DNA from: Fusobacteriia bacterium UBA1095
Lineage (GTDB): Bacteria; Fusobacteriota; Fusobacteriia; Bac17; UBA816
Direction of reading: 5' to 3'
DNA length: 38,716 nt
Assembly (NCBI GenBank): GCA_002313635.1
Contig: DCBY01000027.1
Location: 1-38,716, forward strand
Below are positions 1-10,121 of this stretch, piece by piece. Both the position numbers and the translations under genes were made by a program. Below the pieces are notes generated by a model. That model ran no database searches, had not been told where the DNA came from, and was given only the letters and a program-made list of their open reading frames with translations. The first letter of the stretch is position 1, and each line of letters starts with the position of its first letter.

Positions 1-228
1 ATAGAGAAAGGAGCAGAAATAGAAGCAGAAGATAAATGTGGGAGAAGAGCATTGATGCTAGCAGCTATGAATGGCCAGAAAGAAGTGTGTGAGCTATTGA
101 TAGAGAAGGGTGCAAATGTTACAGGTACGCAGGGGGTTGTACTGTTACAATTAGCAATTTGTACTGGTAATACAGAGATAAGGGATCTTTTAATAGAGAA
201 AGGAGCTACTTTACAGAGTGCTTCCTGA
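1..228 (+). CDS. Ankyrin-repeat protein, 3' fragment (start lies outside the window)
   Basis: Frame +1 reads IEKGAEIEAEDKCGRRALMLAAMNGQKEVCELLIEKGANVTG...LLQLAICTGNTEIRDLLIEKGATLQSAS*, a canonical ankyrin consensus; TGA at 226-228; absent from the ORF track. Confidence 0.9.
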   Translation: MEKGAEIEAEDKCGRRALMLAAMNGQKEVCELLIEKGANVTGTQGVVLLQLAICTGNTEIRDLLIEKGATLQSAS

Positions 229-331
229 TTATATATATAGGTTTAGCTGTAAAAAATGAATTTTTATTTATTACCTGATGCATATAAATTAAAAGTTGTT
301 TCATGTTAAAATATTTGAGGAGTTGAAGAAT

Positions 332-2572
332 ATGAAAATTTCTCTTAATTTATTAAAAAAGTTTGTTGAAGTAAAGGAAGAATCTTTATTGCCTGGTGTA
401 TTGACAATGATAGGTCACGAAGTTGAGTCTATTCAGGTATTTAAAGATGAAAAGCTTCTAGTAGGTAAGGTAGTTTCCTTAGAAAAGCACCCAAATGCTG
501 ATAAGTTAACATACTGTAAAGTTGATGTCGGAAGGGAAGTCTTAGACATAGTCTGTGGAGCAACTAATCATAAAGAGGGAGATAAGGTTGTGGTTGCAAC
601 AGAAGGAACTGTTGTGAAAGGGATGAAAATAAAGCGTTGTAAGATTAGAGGTGTGGAATCTAGGGGTATGATGTGCTCTTCTGAAGAGTTAGGATTAGAA
701 CCTTCAGAAGGAATAATGATATTAGGGAGTGATGCCAAAATTGGTGATCAAGCCTTTAATTACATGTTCGATAATGATACTGTCTATCATTTAAGTATAA
801 CCCCCAATAGGTCAGATGTGTTATCTCACTTAGGCATAGCCAGAGAAGTGGCAGCCTACTATGGGGGAAGATTACAGCATGTAAAGGAAGATGATTCTCA
901 GTTTGTAAATTTAGGGTTTGAAGGCTGTAACCTTTTTAGGGCAATAGAGATAAAAGGTGTGAATATAAAAGATTCCCCGGTTTGGTTAAAAAAATATCTC
1001 TCAATTTTAGGTATAAAAAGTGTTAATAATTTAGTTGATATATCTAATTTTGTTATGGTGGAGTTAGGTCATCCTACTCATATGTATGACTCTGATACTA
1101 TTTCAGGAAATTTAAGTGTTAGATATGCAAAAAATGAACAAATGATGGGTTTAGATGTTGAAGAATATGAACTAAGTGGAGATTTAGTAGTATCTGATGA
1201 CGAGAGATGTGTAGCTATAGCTGGAATTATAGGCTCTCAAGATACAGGTGTTACTTCCCAAACTAAAAATGTGATTCTTGAAATAGCACATTTTGATCCT
1301 GACAGAGTTAGGAGAACATCTAAGAAGTTAAACCTATCTACAGAAGCATCTTACAGATTTGAGAGAGGAATAGATTTAGAAGATTCAGAAAGAGTATTAA
1401 ATAGAATAGTATCCCTTATAAAAGAACTTTCAGGTTTTGATAGTACTGAAGAGATAATAAATCATAAAATAGAAGAAGAACAAAGAGTCGTAGAGATAAG
1501 TATACAAGAGATGAATGATTTTCTTGGATCAAATATATCGTTAGAAGAGACAGTGAAAATTCTGAATGATTTAGAGTTTAATCCTCAAGTAGAGGGTAAG
1601 AGGGTGAAATCTTATGTGCCGAGTTTCAGGTTAGATGTAAATAGAGAGGTGGATATATACGAAGAGGTGGCTAGAATTTATGGCTATAACAATATTGAGC
1701 CTGTTCTTCCTTACACACAGAATGTCCTAAAAGAAATAAAAGATGATAAATTACGAAACTCTCTTAGAGGTTTTGGATTAAATGAAGTTGTAAACTATAG
1801 TTTCGTTCCAAAGGGTTATGGTTCACCTGAAATAATGAATCCAATAAATGAAGAGTTTGCAGTTATGAGAGATTCGCTTATGTTCTCCCTCCTTAAAAAT
1901 GTAGCTTTTAATCTTAACAATGGGCTGAAGCATCTGAAAATATTTGAGATAGGTAAGGTTTATGGTGCCACTGAAAAAGAGAAACTAGGCGTAGCCCTTT
2001 CAGGAACAGAGGATAACGACTTATATAAAGGAAAGAGAGAGATAGATTTTTATGATTTGAAGGGAATGGTTGACTCTTTGTCAAAGGTTATGAGGTGGAA
2101 CCTTAGTTACAGAAATTGTGATATGGAAGAACTGCATCCAGGGCGATCCCTTTTTATAGAACAAGATGGTAAGGTGATAGGTTTTTTTGGTGAAATTCAT
2201 CCAGATGTTACTAAGAAATTGTCAATCAAAAAGAGAGTTTATCTTTTAGAAATGGATGTTTTGAAACAGGGATCTATCATTTTAAATGAAATTTCTAAAT
2301 ATCCTTATGTAGAGAGAGACCTATGTTTGCTTTTTGATCACAATGCTGATGTAGGGTCTGCTGTAAGCGATATATGTAGTGACAATATCATAACGGAAAG
2401 TGAGATAGTTGATATATATCAAAATGAGAGAATGGAGGGCAGAAAAAGCGTGGCTTTTAGATTTAGAATTCAGAGTTTTGAAAAGACTCTTTCGGATACT
2501 GAGATAGAGAGTGTAGTTAAGGGTATATTAGATAAAGCTAAAGAGAGATATGGAGCAGAGCTAAGGCTATAG
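332..2572 (+). CDS. pheT: Phenylalanine--tRNA ligase beta subunit
   Basis: KHPNADKL/IVCGA tRNA-binding OB fold, ITPNRSD, ASYRFERG, FRLDV..EVDIYEEVARIYGY and a C-terminal FDX-ACB domain; ATG 332 follows SD GAGGAG (317-322). Confidence 0.97.
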   Translation: MKISLNLLKKFVEVKEESLLPGVLTMIGHEVESIQVFKDEKLLVGKVVSLEKHPNADKLTYCKVDVGREVLDIVCGATNHKEGDKVVVATEGTVVKGMKIKRCKIRGVESRGMMCSSEELGLEPSEGIMILGSDAKIGDQAFNYMFDNDTVYHLSITPNRSDVLSHLGIAREVAAYYGGRLQHVKEDDSQFVNLGFEGCNLFRAIEIKGVNIKDSPVWLKKYLSILGIKSVNNLVDISNFVMVELGHPTHMYDSDTISGNLSVRYAKNEQMMGLDVEEYELSGDLVVSDDERCVAIAGIIGSQDTGVTSQTKNVILEIAHFDPDRVRRTSKKLNLSTEASYRFERGIDLEDSERVLNRIVSLIKELSGFDSTEEIINHKIEEEQRVVEISIQEMNDFLGSNISLEETVKILNDLEFNPQVEGKRVKSYVPSFRLDVNREVDIYEEVARIYGYNNIEPVLPYTQNVLKEIKDDKLRNSLRGFGLNEVVNYSFVPKGYGSPEIMNPINEEFAVMRDSLMFSLLKNVAFNLNNGLKHLKIFEIGKVYGATEKEKLGVALSGTEDNDLYKGKREIDFYDLKGMVDSLSKVMRWNLSYRNCDMEELHPGRSLFIEQDGKVIGFFGEIHPDVTKKLSIKKRVYLLEMDVLKQGSIILNEISKYPYVERDLCLLFDHNADVGSAVSDICSDNIITESEIVDIYQNERMEGRKSVAFRFRIQSFEKTLSDTEIESVVKGILDKAKERYGAELRL

Positions 2573-2586
2573 AGAGAGAGAGTAAT

Positions 2587-4962
2587 ATGAAGAGAGCTAT
2601 AATAATTGATGTTAATTCACTCCTATACAAATCTTTTTACAAGCTTATGAATATGAGAAGCTCTAAAGGTTTTCCTACTGGAGCACTTCTTGGAATTACA
2701 AATTCCATAATATCCATATTAGACAAATTTAAGCCGGACTACTTTGTTGCATGTTTTGATGTCTCAAGGGACTCTTTGAAAAGAAAAGAGATATTTGATG
2801 ATTACAAATCTAATAGAGAGGGAGCCCCTGAAGATTTAGCACTTCAGATAGCTAAGTCTAAGGAACTTATCTCTGCTCTTGGAGCACACGTATTAACAGA
2901 AGAGGGGTATGAGGCAGATGATATGATAGCATCTGCTGTAAAGTATTTTTCTGAGAATGGTATAGATAGCATAGTTGTTACCAGTGATAAGGACCTTATG
3001 CAACTTGTTCCAAGAGCAAGCATTTTTAATCATTCTAAAAATTTGCTTGTATCCACAAAAGAAGATGTAGTAGATGCGATGGGTGTTACTCCCGAACAGA
3101 TTGTAGATCTTTTTGCATTGATGGGGGATTCTTCTGATGGCATACCTGGAGTAAAGGGTATCGGGCCAAAGATGGCCTCAAAGCTTGTTATGAATTATGG
3201 GAGTGTAGATGGTATTCTAGAAAACATAGATGACTTACCAGAAAAACTTGCACAAAAGATAGAAGAAAATAGAGATGTGATTGAAATTAGTAGAAAATTA
3301 GCTCAGCTTAACACAGTTGACTTAGTTGATATTCCTACCTATGCAGGTTTTAAAGATGATCTTGTAAATATTCTTGAAGATTTAGAATTCAGATCTATTT
3401 TGAAGAGACTTAATTTAGAGAAGAGTGAAGAGATATCAATATTACATGAAGAAGTAGAAGAAATTCTGATAAAAGAAGATTCACTAGTTTACTATGAGGA
3501 CAGCAGATACTTTTTATGTGAAGATAAGATTTTAATATCAGAAAACATTAATTTTAATAATTGTACTATTGACACTTATAATGCAAAAGAGCTTTTAAAG
3601 ATAAAAGATTTCAATATAGGTTTAGATCTCCTTATAGCTTATCACCTTCTATACCCAAATGAGAGAACTAATTTAGATAAAGCTATAAGGAGAGTGTTTA
3701 ATTTTGAAGTTAAGAGTTCACTTGAAAGAGCTTACTACCTAAGGAAGCTTAGAGAGTACCTAAAAGAAAAATTAGAAGAGAAAGAGTTAGGTAGTGTATA
3801 TGAATCAATTGAAAAACCTCTTATAAAGGTTTTAAGTAAAATGGAGAGTGTAGGAGTAGAGGTAGATATAGATTACCTTAAATCCTACCAACAACAGTTA
3901 GAAGAGCAGATTGCTTCATTAACTTCAGATATAGTTAAGCTAGCAGGGGAAGAGTTTAATATATCATCCCCAAAACAACTCTCTTTTGTGCTTTTTGAAA
4001 AGCTTCAGCTTCCATCTATGAAAAAGACTAAAACAGGCTATTCAACAGATGCAGAGGTTTTGGAGCAGCTCTCTATGTTTGAGATAGTTAAGAAGATATT
4101 GGATTATAGGAAGTTAGTTAAAATTTACAATACCTACGTGTTACCTTTGATAAAAGCTGGCCCTAGAGTTCACACTACCTATCATCAAGATGGAACTGCT
4201 ACTGGTAGGTTATCATCATCTAATCCAAATTTACAAAATATCCCTTCCAGAACAGAAGAGGGACTCAAGGTAAGGAAAGCATTTACCTCTTCTAAAGGTA
4301 AATTACTTATATTAGATTACTCACAGATGGAGCTTAGAATATTAGCTTCACTTAGTTGTGATGAAAGTCTGTTAGAGTCGTACAAAAAAGGTGAAGATCT
4401 TCACAATAAGACAGCTATGAAGCTTTTTGGGATGTTAGGTAGAGAAGAGAGGGAGAAGGCCAAAATAGTTAACTTTAGTGTGATTTATGGTAAAAGTTCA
4501 TTTGGTCTAGCAAAAGAGCTAGGTATTACTTTGAAAGAGGCTTCTAACTACATAGAAAGATATTTTGAAGAGTATCCAGGGGTAAAGAAATTTATAAAGG
4601 AGACAGTTGATAGAGCTCGTATAGATGGCTATGTCAAGACCATGTTTGGTAGAATAAGAGAGCTTAAAGATATAAATAGTAGAAATAGAACTTTGAGAAA
4701 CGCTTCAGAGAGGATGGCAGTTAACACTGTGATACAGGGAACACAAGCTGAGATAATAAAGAAGGCTATGATAGATATAGATAAATACATAGAGGGTAAG
4801 AATATAGATATGATAATGCAAGTACATGATGAATTAGTATTTGAGATAGAGGATGGAGCTAACATAGATGAGATTGTAGCTATAATGCAAAATTCAGTTA
4901 GCCTTAAAGTACCTATTATAGTAAATAAGTACATAGCTAAAGATTGGTCCGGTTCAAAATGA
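2587..4962 (+). CDS. polA: DNA polymerase I with a reduced 3'-5' exonuclease region
   Basis: 5'-3' exonuclease motifs EADD and GDSSDGIPGVKGIG; polymerase motifs TATGRLSSSNPNLQNIP, DYSQMELR, K.VNF...YG and QVHDELVFE. Confidence 0.97.
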   Translation: MKRAIIIDVNSLLYKSFYKLMNMRSSKGFPTGALLGITNSIISILDKFKPDYFVACFDVSRDSLKRKEIFDDYKSNREGAPEDLALQIAKSKELISALGAHVLTEEGYEADDMIASAVKYFSENGIDSIVVTSDKDLMQLVPRASIFNHSKNLLVSTKEDVVDAMGVTPEQIVDLFALMGDSSDGIPGVKGIGPKMASKLVMNYGSVDGILENIDDLPEKLAQKIEENRDVIEISRKLAQLNTVDLVDIPTYAGFKDDLVNILEDLEFRSILKRLNLEKSEEISILHEEVEEILIKEDSLVYYEDSRYFLCEDKILISENINFNNCTIDTYNAKELLKIKDFNIGLDLLIAYHLLYPNERTNLDKAIRRVFNFEVKSSLERAYYLRKLREYLKEKLEEKELGSVYESIEKPLIKVLSKMESVGVEVDIDYLKSYQQQLEEQIASLTSDIVKLAGEEFNISSPKQLSFVLFEKLQLPSMKKTKTGYSTDAEVLEQLSMFEIVKKILDYRKLVKIYNTYVLPLIKAGPRVHTTYHQDGTATGRLSSSNPNLQNIPSRTEEGLKVRKAFTSSKGKLLILDYSQMELRILASLSCDESLLESYKKGEDLHNKTAMKLFGMLGREEREKAKIVNFSVIYGKSSFGLAKELGITLKEASNYIERYFEEYPGVKKFIKETVDRARIDGYVKTMFGRIRELKDINSRNRTLRNASERMAVNTVIQGTQAEIIKKAMIDIDKYIEGKNIDMIMQVHDELVFEIEDGANIDEIVAIMQNSVSLKVPIIVNKYIAKDWSGSK

Positions 4963-5732
4963 ATTTTACAAACAGAGTTAAAGATGAATTGTTGTCTATA
5001 AATACAGGATATGAATATTTTGGATTTGTAGCTACAAAGAGAGTTCCTTTGATATTTTTCAATAGAGCGGTGGGCAGATATTTTTACAATAGTATAAAAA
5101 GTGTCTCTAATGCAAAGATTGAATCTTTAGGAAAAAGCTACAGGATATCTTATTCAGATGTAAAAGAGCCTGCCTTAAGCAGTAAAGAAGAGCGCCTACA
5201 GTATTTAAGGGGATGTTTTCTATCAACTGGATATGTATCCAACCCATTCAAAGAGCACTCTTTAGACATCTTCTTTTATGATAAGGCTAATGCGGAGTTC
5301 TGCTTGAAGATATTAGAGTCTTTAGGTCTTGATTCTTCTGTCTATAAATATAGAGATAAATTCAGGGTCTCTCTTAGATCTGCTGAACAGATAATGAACT
5401 TTATTTTGATGATAGGCGCCAACAACTCTTTCTTCGATTATGAAGATATACTTATCATCAAATCATTGAAAGAGAGTAGTATAAGGGATATGAATTTAGA
5501 GCTAGCAAATGATGAAAGAAAGGCTATATCAACTTCTAAACAACTGTCCATTATAAAGAAGCTTGAAGAGTCAGGGAAGACAAAATTTTTAAATAAGAAA
5601 TTGAAAGACTTTATAGAGCTGAGGTCTTCTAACTATGATCTGTCTATATCTGAAATAGCAGATAGGCTAGGTATATCTAGATCTTCTTTGAGAAGAAGGA
5701 TTAAAATATTAGAGGACATATCTGAAAAATAA
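4959..5732 (+). CDS. whiA: DNA-binding protein WhiA
   Basis: MNFTNRVKDEL N-terminus, YLRGCFLSTGYVSNP LAGLIDADG-like motif, N.ELAN..K and a C-terminal HTH; ATGA overlap with the polA stop. Confidence 0.88.
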   Translation: MNFTNRVKDELLSINTGYEYFGFVATKRVPLIFFNRAVGRYFYNSIKSVSNAKIESLGKSYRISYSDVKEPALSSKEERLQYLRGCFLSTGYVSNPFKEHSLDIFFYDKANAEFCLKILESLGLDSSVYKYRDKFRVSLRSAEQIMNFILMIGANNSFFDYEDILIIKSLKESSIRDMNLELANDERKAISTSKQLSIIKKLEESGKTKFLNKKLKDFIELRSSNYDLSISEIADRLGISRSSLRRRIKILEDISEK

Positions 5733-5734
5733 AT

Positions 5735-5763
5735 TTGAAAATATACCACTTTAGTAGCAAACT
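5735..5763 (+). promoter_or_regulatory. Candidate alternative promoter TTGAAA-17-CAAACT upstream of lipoprotein operon 1
   Basis: TTGAAA at 5735-40 and TAG-CAAACT at 5755-63, then SD AAGGAG; the motif recurs at 18231 and 23592. Confidence 0.4.
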
Positions 5764-5780
5764 ATTCCAAGGAGAATTCT

Positions 5781-6044
5781 ATGTTTTTCTTTGCTTTACT
5801 GCTTTTTTCTTGCTCAGGTACGAGCAAAGATTATATAAAAGAGGAGAATAAGACTCTTACTAAACATGTTGAAGAGTTAACTGAAGGAGATCCTCTTCTT
5901 GTGAAGGAAAAGCTTAATAGAGCCTACAATACTTCCATAGATAATAACAAGAGGATAGAGAAGTTAGAGGAAAGATATGATACCAAATTACTGGAAAAGC
6001 TTGAAGTAAGATTAAGGAAGTTAGAGGAAAAATTAAAGGAGTAG
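5781..6044 (+). CDS. Small coiled-coil lipoprotein with an ultra-short signal peptide
   Basis: MFFFALLLFS-C lipobox-like start, SD AAGGAG, heptad-like K/E/L-rich body. Confidence 0.7.
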   Translation: MFFFALLLFSCSGTSKDYIKEENKTLTKHVEELTEGDPLLVKEKLNRAYNTSIDNNKRIEKLEERYDTKLLEKLEVRLRKLEEKLKE

Positions 6045-6046
6045 AC

Positions 6047-7132
6047 GTGGTTATATTCGCTTTTTTATTAAGTTGTTCTAAAGTTACTTCTGTTGAAGGT
6101 TTAAGGGAGAGTCAAGTTCATACTAGTAATGAAGTTTCAGATACTGAAGATGAGAGGGAAGACAACCTATTTTTCAAAGCAGTAAACAGTGGTGATATAG
6201 AGGCAGTATGTGAACATATATTTAATGGTCAAGATCCATTTGTTAGAGACCAAAAGGGAAATATAGCTGTATCTGTTGCTTTGAAAAATGACAACTATGA
6301 AGTTGCTGAGATTGTAGTAAAGGCCATGGTGAAACATAACAAAGATAGATCAATAGCATTGAAATCTGTAGTTGCTACAAAGGATCCACTATATTTAGCT
6401 ATAGTTAGAGGCCAAGGTATAGCGGGTTCTCTTGTTGATTTCTATGATACTTCTAAATATAAATCATTAAATGGAGATTATAAAAATTATTTGGATTTAA
6501 TAGCTGATTCTAAAATATCTGAAGAGATAAAAGTAAGGATAATTAGGAAATTAGCTAAGGTCTCAGAGGTTAGTGATTTATTAGATATATCAGATAAGTC
6601 CGTAAAAAGAGAGGCGCTCAAAGCAAGTATGTTTGCTACTCTTTCGGAAATGAAAGATCTTTTATTGCAGATAAACTCTTCATCTATGACAGTAGAGACA
6701 AAAGAGCAGTTAATAAATAATGAAGATGTGAAAGATCTGTTTAATTGCAGAATTGATAAAGTGTTAACCATAGTAGAAAACTCTGATATATCACCCTTTA
6801 TGAAAGAGTATAAAGGAGAGGGGGTACCTCCAGTTTTACTCTTTGTTATGCTTATGAAAAGGAAAGATAGCTATGACAAGATAATGAAGTATGAGACAGA
6901 AGATGAAGAGAGGCTGATAGCTGCTTTAAGAGCTCAAATAAGAACTATTTCTGGTAGTGTAGATGAGTTTTGGCAGAGAGAGGCTGCTTACTCTAATGAA
7001 TATGCTGAAATGGAGTACGAATATGTCTCTAATGAAGGTTATAGTAGTTCTATGTTTGGAACTTTGATAAGACAGAAAGCTAAGGAGATATCTCAGAAAT
7101 CAAGCATTAATAGTGAGGACATACATAGATAA
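6047..7132 (+). CDS. Ankyrin-like lipoprotein
   Basis: GTG start after AAGGAG; MVIFAFLLS-C; FFKAVNSGDIEAV...GQDPFVRDQKGNIAVSVALKNDNYEVAEIVV ankyrin-like repeats. Confidence 0.75.
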   Translation: MVIFAFLLSCSKVTSVEGLRESQVHTSNEVSDTEDEREDNLFFKAVNSGDIEAVCEHIFNGQDPFVRDQKGNIAVSVALKNDNYEVAEIVVKAMVKHNKDRSIALKSVVATKDPLYLAIVRGQGIAGSLVDFYDTSKYKSLNGDYKNYLDLIADSKISEEIKVRIIRKLAKVSEVSDLLDISDKSVKREALKASMFATLSEMKDLLLQINSSSMTVETKEQLINNEDVKDLFNCRIDKVLTIVENSDISPFMKEYKGEGVPPVLLFVMLMKRKDSYDKIMKYETEDEERLIAALRAQIRTISGSVDEFWQREAAYSNEYAEMEYEYVSNEGYSSSMFGTLIRQKAKEISQKSSINSEDIHR

Positions 7133-8484
7133 TGATGCTATTCATTTTTCTCCTAAGTTGCAGTGGTAGTAGTAGTAAGGATAGTGAACGTATTCCTCCT
7201 ACTAGTGATGCTAACAGATCTTTTATAAATGACTCATTTGTAAAAGTAGAGAATAGAGAGCAGCAAATCAAAATTCATGATGCTGTCTGGAAGCATAGAA
7301 ATGATGATGAAAAAGTATTATCCTTTGTAGAGGAGGGGGTAGATCCATTTAGTCTAAATGATAAGGGTGAATCTGCCTTCTCTCTCATGCTTAAATTGGA
7401 TAAGTTTGATCTGGCAGAAAAGGTGTTAGATTGCTCTACTGATTTTACTATATCTATGACTATAGAGGGAGAGCACGACCCATTTAGGATATCATTTCTT
7501 GATAAGAGTAAAAGAGAGTTTGCAATGAAACTTCTTCCACTCTATAAAGATCCTGTCTATTTAGAAAATGGATTGAAAGTTCCTTTTATAGAGCTTGTTA
7601 AGGGTAGCGGTGAAAGCAAGTATATAAAACCAGTAGCTGCTGTGACCCCTTTTATTTATCTAGTAAAGATATCTCATCTACCAATAAAAAATGTAGCTTT
7701 TGACTCTAGATGTAGGCAGCTACTTGCAGAGATGAATTTTGAAATGGATAGTTCTGGATTAGAGAATAGTGACTTTTTCAGTTCCAGATTAGAAGAGATA
7801 ATGAATTTGATATCATTAGCAGATTTTGACTCTCCCTTTTTCTCTTGTAATGAAAATGATAACTCTGTACTTTTTTTCATATTATCTCTAAAAAGAGAGG
7901 ATCATCTCTCAAATTTTGTAGGAATTTTTGGAACTAGCCTAATTAATTTCAATACTGAGCTTGAAAAGTTGAAAAGCAAGAAGAAAGATGTATACGAATT
8001 TTGGCAAAAGAAAGAGATTTCACTTCTGTTAGATAATAGGTGTAGCGATGAAGTAAGGATAAGAAAATTAATTTCATCACGTCAGTATGAGACTATAGGA
8101 AAGAGGAAACAGCCACAAACTCCTTTTGAAATAGCTGAGGGTATTGCCAATGTAGGTAAGAATGATACTGTACTGAGCAGAGAAGAATTCTTCTTTGGTC
8201 TAATATTGATTCTTAACGAACTAACAAAAAATCCTGCCAATTTGAGGGATTCTTCTAAATTTGACATTTGCTCCAAATTTTGTGACTTTATACTTACGAA
8301 ATATTGTAATCAGGAGGACCTATTTAGAGCGTATTTAGATAAAATAACGCTAGCTTCAAGAGGTAGCCTACTTATGAGAATGTCGTCAACTGTCAGGAAG
8401 AGGAAAAAGGGACGCTCTTCCTCAGTTGTTGTAAAGGAAGAATTTAAGGCTATATATCAAATTTTAAAGAGTACCCAAACGTAG
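7132..8484 (+). CDS. Ankyrin-like lipoprotein (paralog of 6047..7132)
   Basis: MMLFIFLLS-C; GVDPFSLNDKGESAFSLMLKLDKFDLAEKVL; shares G.DPF....KG and V.EFWQ with the upstream gene. Confidence 0.7.
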   Translation: MMLFIFLLSCSGSSSKDSERIPPTSDANRSFINDSFVKVENREQQIKIHDAVWKHRNDDEKVLSFVEEGVDPFSLNDKGESAFSLMLKLDKFDLAEKVLDCSTDFTISMTIEGEHDPFRISFLDKSKREFAMKLLPLYKDPVYLENGLKVPFIELVKGSGESKYIKPVAAVTPFIYLVKISHLPIKNVAFDSRCRQLLAEMNFEMDSSGLENSDFFSSRLEEIMNLISLADFDSPFFSCNENDNSVLFFILSLKREDHLSNFVGIFGTSLINFNTELEKLKSKKKDVYEFWQKKEISLLLDNRCSDEVRIRKLISSRQYETIGKRKQPQTPFEIAEGIANVGKNDTVLSREEFFFGLILILNELTKNPANLRDSSKFDICSKFCDFILTKYCNQEDLFRAYLDKITLASRGSLLMRMSSTVRKRKKGRSSSVVVKEEFKAIYQILKSTQT

Positions 8485-8535
8485 TGGATTATATGAATAA
8501 GTTGATTTAATGTAGATATATGATATGATTTAGAT

Positions 8536-9207
8536 ATGAAAAAATCATTTTTGTTACCCATTTTTTTGCTTAATTTTAAATTTGCTGTTGCCTCTGTTTC
8601 AGCTGAGATGTCGAATTTTTCTCAAATTTACAACCCTAAATCTGTCACCTTCACGTTTGTTCTTCCTTTTAACTATGGTGGTTATTTAAAAGAGAGGCTA
8701 AGCAATGAAGCTTATATTCCTATTGTTTTGTACTATTACAACTATTTATCCTACATTTTACATGGTAAATTTGCACTATCTATTCCCTTTAGTGAAAATT
8801 TTGGTATAGGCGCTTTTGTAGGATTATCTAGATTAGGTATCAATCTCTTTGTTAATACTGATTTGACATTTATTGAACTTAGGTCTTGCTTAACAGGTTC
8901 ATTCTCTTTTATAGAGACTTTGTATGCTGAAGAATTAAACAATAGTAGACCTTGCGTTAGTTTAGATGCTACATCTTTATTGAAGCTGGCTCCACTATTT
9001 AAACCTTATGTCAGCTTGAGTGTTACTAGAGGAGAAATTGTATGTGACTTAAACTACTTTTACGAATCTAACTATGTTGCAATAGCTGGCGTAGGTGTAC
9101 AGCTATTTAACAGTTACTTATTAGGGTATAACTATACCTTTTCGTTTGATCCAGACTATGTTGCTATTCATGGTATCTCTTTTAGTTATGGTATGTCACT
9201 TTATTAA
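8536..9207 (+). CDS. Putative outer-membrane beta-barrel protein
   Basis: Classical MKK signal peptide I; alternating aromatic/Gly beta-strand pattern; C-terminus LLGYNYTF...HGISFSYGMSLY. Confidence 0.5.
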   Translation: MKKSFLLPIFLLNFKFAVASVSAEMSNFSQIYNPKSVTFTFVLPFNYGGYLKERLSNEAYIPIVLYYYNYLSYILHGKFALSIPFSENFGIGAFVGLSRLGINLFVNTDLTFIELRSCLTGSFSFIETLYAEELNNSRPCVSLDATSLLKLAPLFKPYVSLSVTRGEIVCDLNYFYESNYVAIAGVGVQLFNSYLLGYNYTFSFDPDYVAIHGISFSYGMSLY

Positions 9208-9263
9208 ATCTGCTTCGCTAATAAATTCTTATTTTGTATAGTAAAAGATGATAGAATTTATTT

Positions 9264-10121
9264 ATGCATATTCCAGTATTGTTAAAAGAGGTAACGGATA
9301 ACCTCATTCATAAAGATGATGGTATCTACATAGATGCAACTTTAGGTTTTGGAGGTCATTCCAAGGCCATACTTAGTTCATTAGGTAGAGGTAAGTTATT
9401 GGGTATAGATAGAGATATTGAAGCTCTTAGCCAAGTTCATATAGATGACAATAGATTTGAGAAGATGAAAGCTAACTTTACCAGTATAGATGTAGCGGCT
9501 CATATCTGGGGAGTTGAAAAGGTAGATGGAATACTGGCAGACATAGGAGTCTCATCTTACCAAATAGATTCCAACGACAGAGGCTTCTCTTACATAGGTG
9601 ATGGTCCTCTTGATATGAGGATGGATAAAAGTATGGATAAAAGTGCTCTTGATGTTGTTAACTCTTATTCAGAAGAAGATATTGCCAATGTCATATATAA
9701 TTTTGGTGAAGAGAGAAGATCTAGAAGAATAGCTAAACTAATAGTTAAAAGAAGATCATCTTCTGTTATAAGGACTACTTCAGAGCTATTTGGTATTGTT
9801 ATGAGTGCTTCTAGTTCAGGGCTATCATCTGTAAAAAGGGTGTTCCAAGCTATAAGAATTGAGGTTAACAATGAAATTGACAACCTCAAAATAATGTTGG
9901 ATAAAGCATCAAATCTTCTGTCTACTGGAGGCAGAATATCTATAATAACATTTCATTCCTTGGAGGATAGAATAGTTAAGAGTTACTTTAGAGAGAGTAA
10001 ATTTTTAGAGCCTCTGTTTAAAAAGGCTATAGTGCCTTCTGGGGAAGAGGTTGAACAAAATTCGCGTTCTAAGCCTGCAAAATTAAGAGTTGCTTACAAA
10101 CTGCCTGTTAATCAGTATTGA
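9264..10121 (+). CDS. rsmH: 16S rRNA m4C1402 methyltransferase
   Basis: MHIPVLL.E, DATLGFGGHS, DIGVSSYQID, PLDMRMD, FQAIRIEVN, FHSLEDRIVK. Confidence 0.97.
   Translation: MHIPVLLKEVTDNLIHKDDGIYIDATLGFGGHSKAILSSLGRGKLLGIDRDIEALSQVHIDDNRFEKMKANFTSIDVAAHIWGVEKVDGILADIGVSSYQIDSNDRGFSYIGDGPLDMRMDKSMDKSALDVVNSYSEEDIANVIYNFGEERRSRRIAKLIVKRRSSSVIRTTSELFGIVMSASSSGLSSVKRVFQAIRIEVNNEIDNLKIMLDKASNLLSTGGRISIITFHSLEDRIVKSYFRESKFLEPLFKKAIVPSGEEVEQNSRSKPAKLRVAYKLPVNQY

Noticed and set aside
2571-2582. (AG)6 microsatellite between pheT and polA
   Set aside because: Short and intergenic; slippage would change neither frame nor the SD-to-start distance
9621-9644. Perfect 12-nt tandem duplication ATGGATAAAAGT x2 in rsmH
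   Set aside because: In-frame, two copies only, in a variable loop; no sign of phase variation
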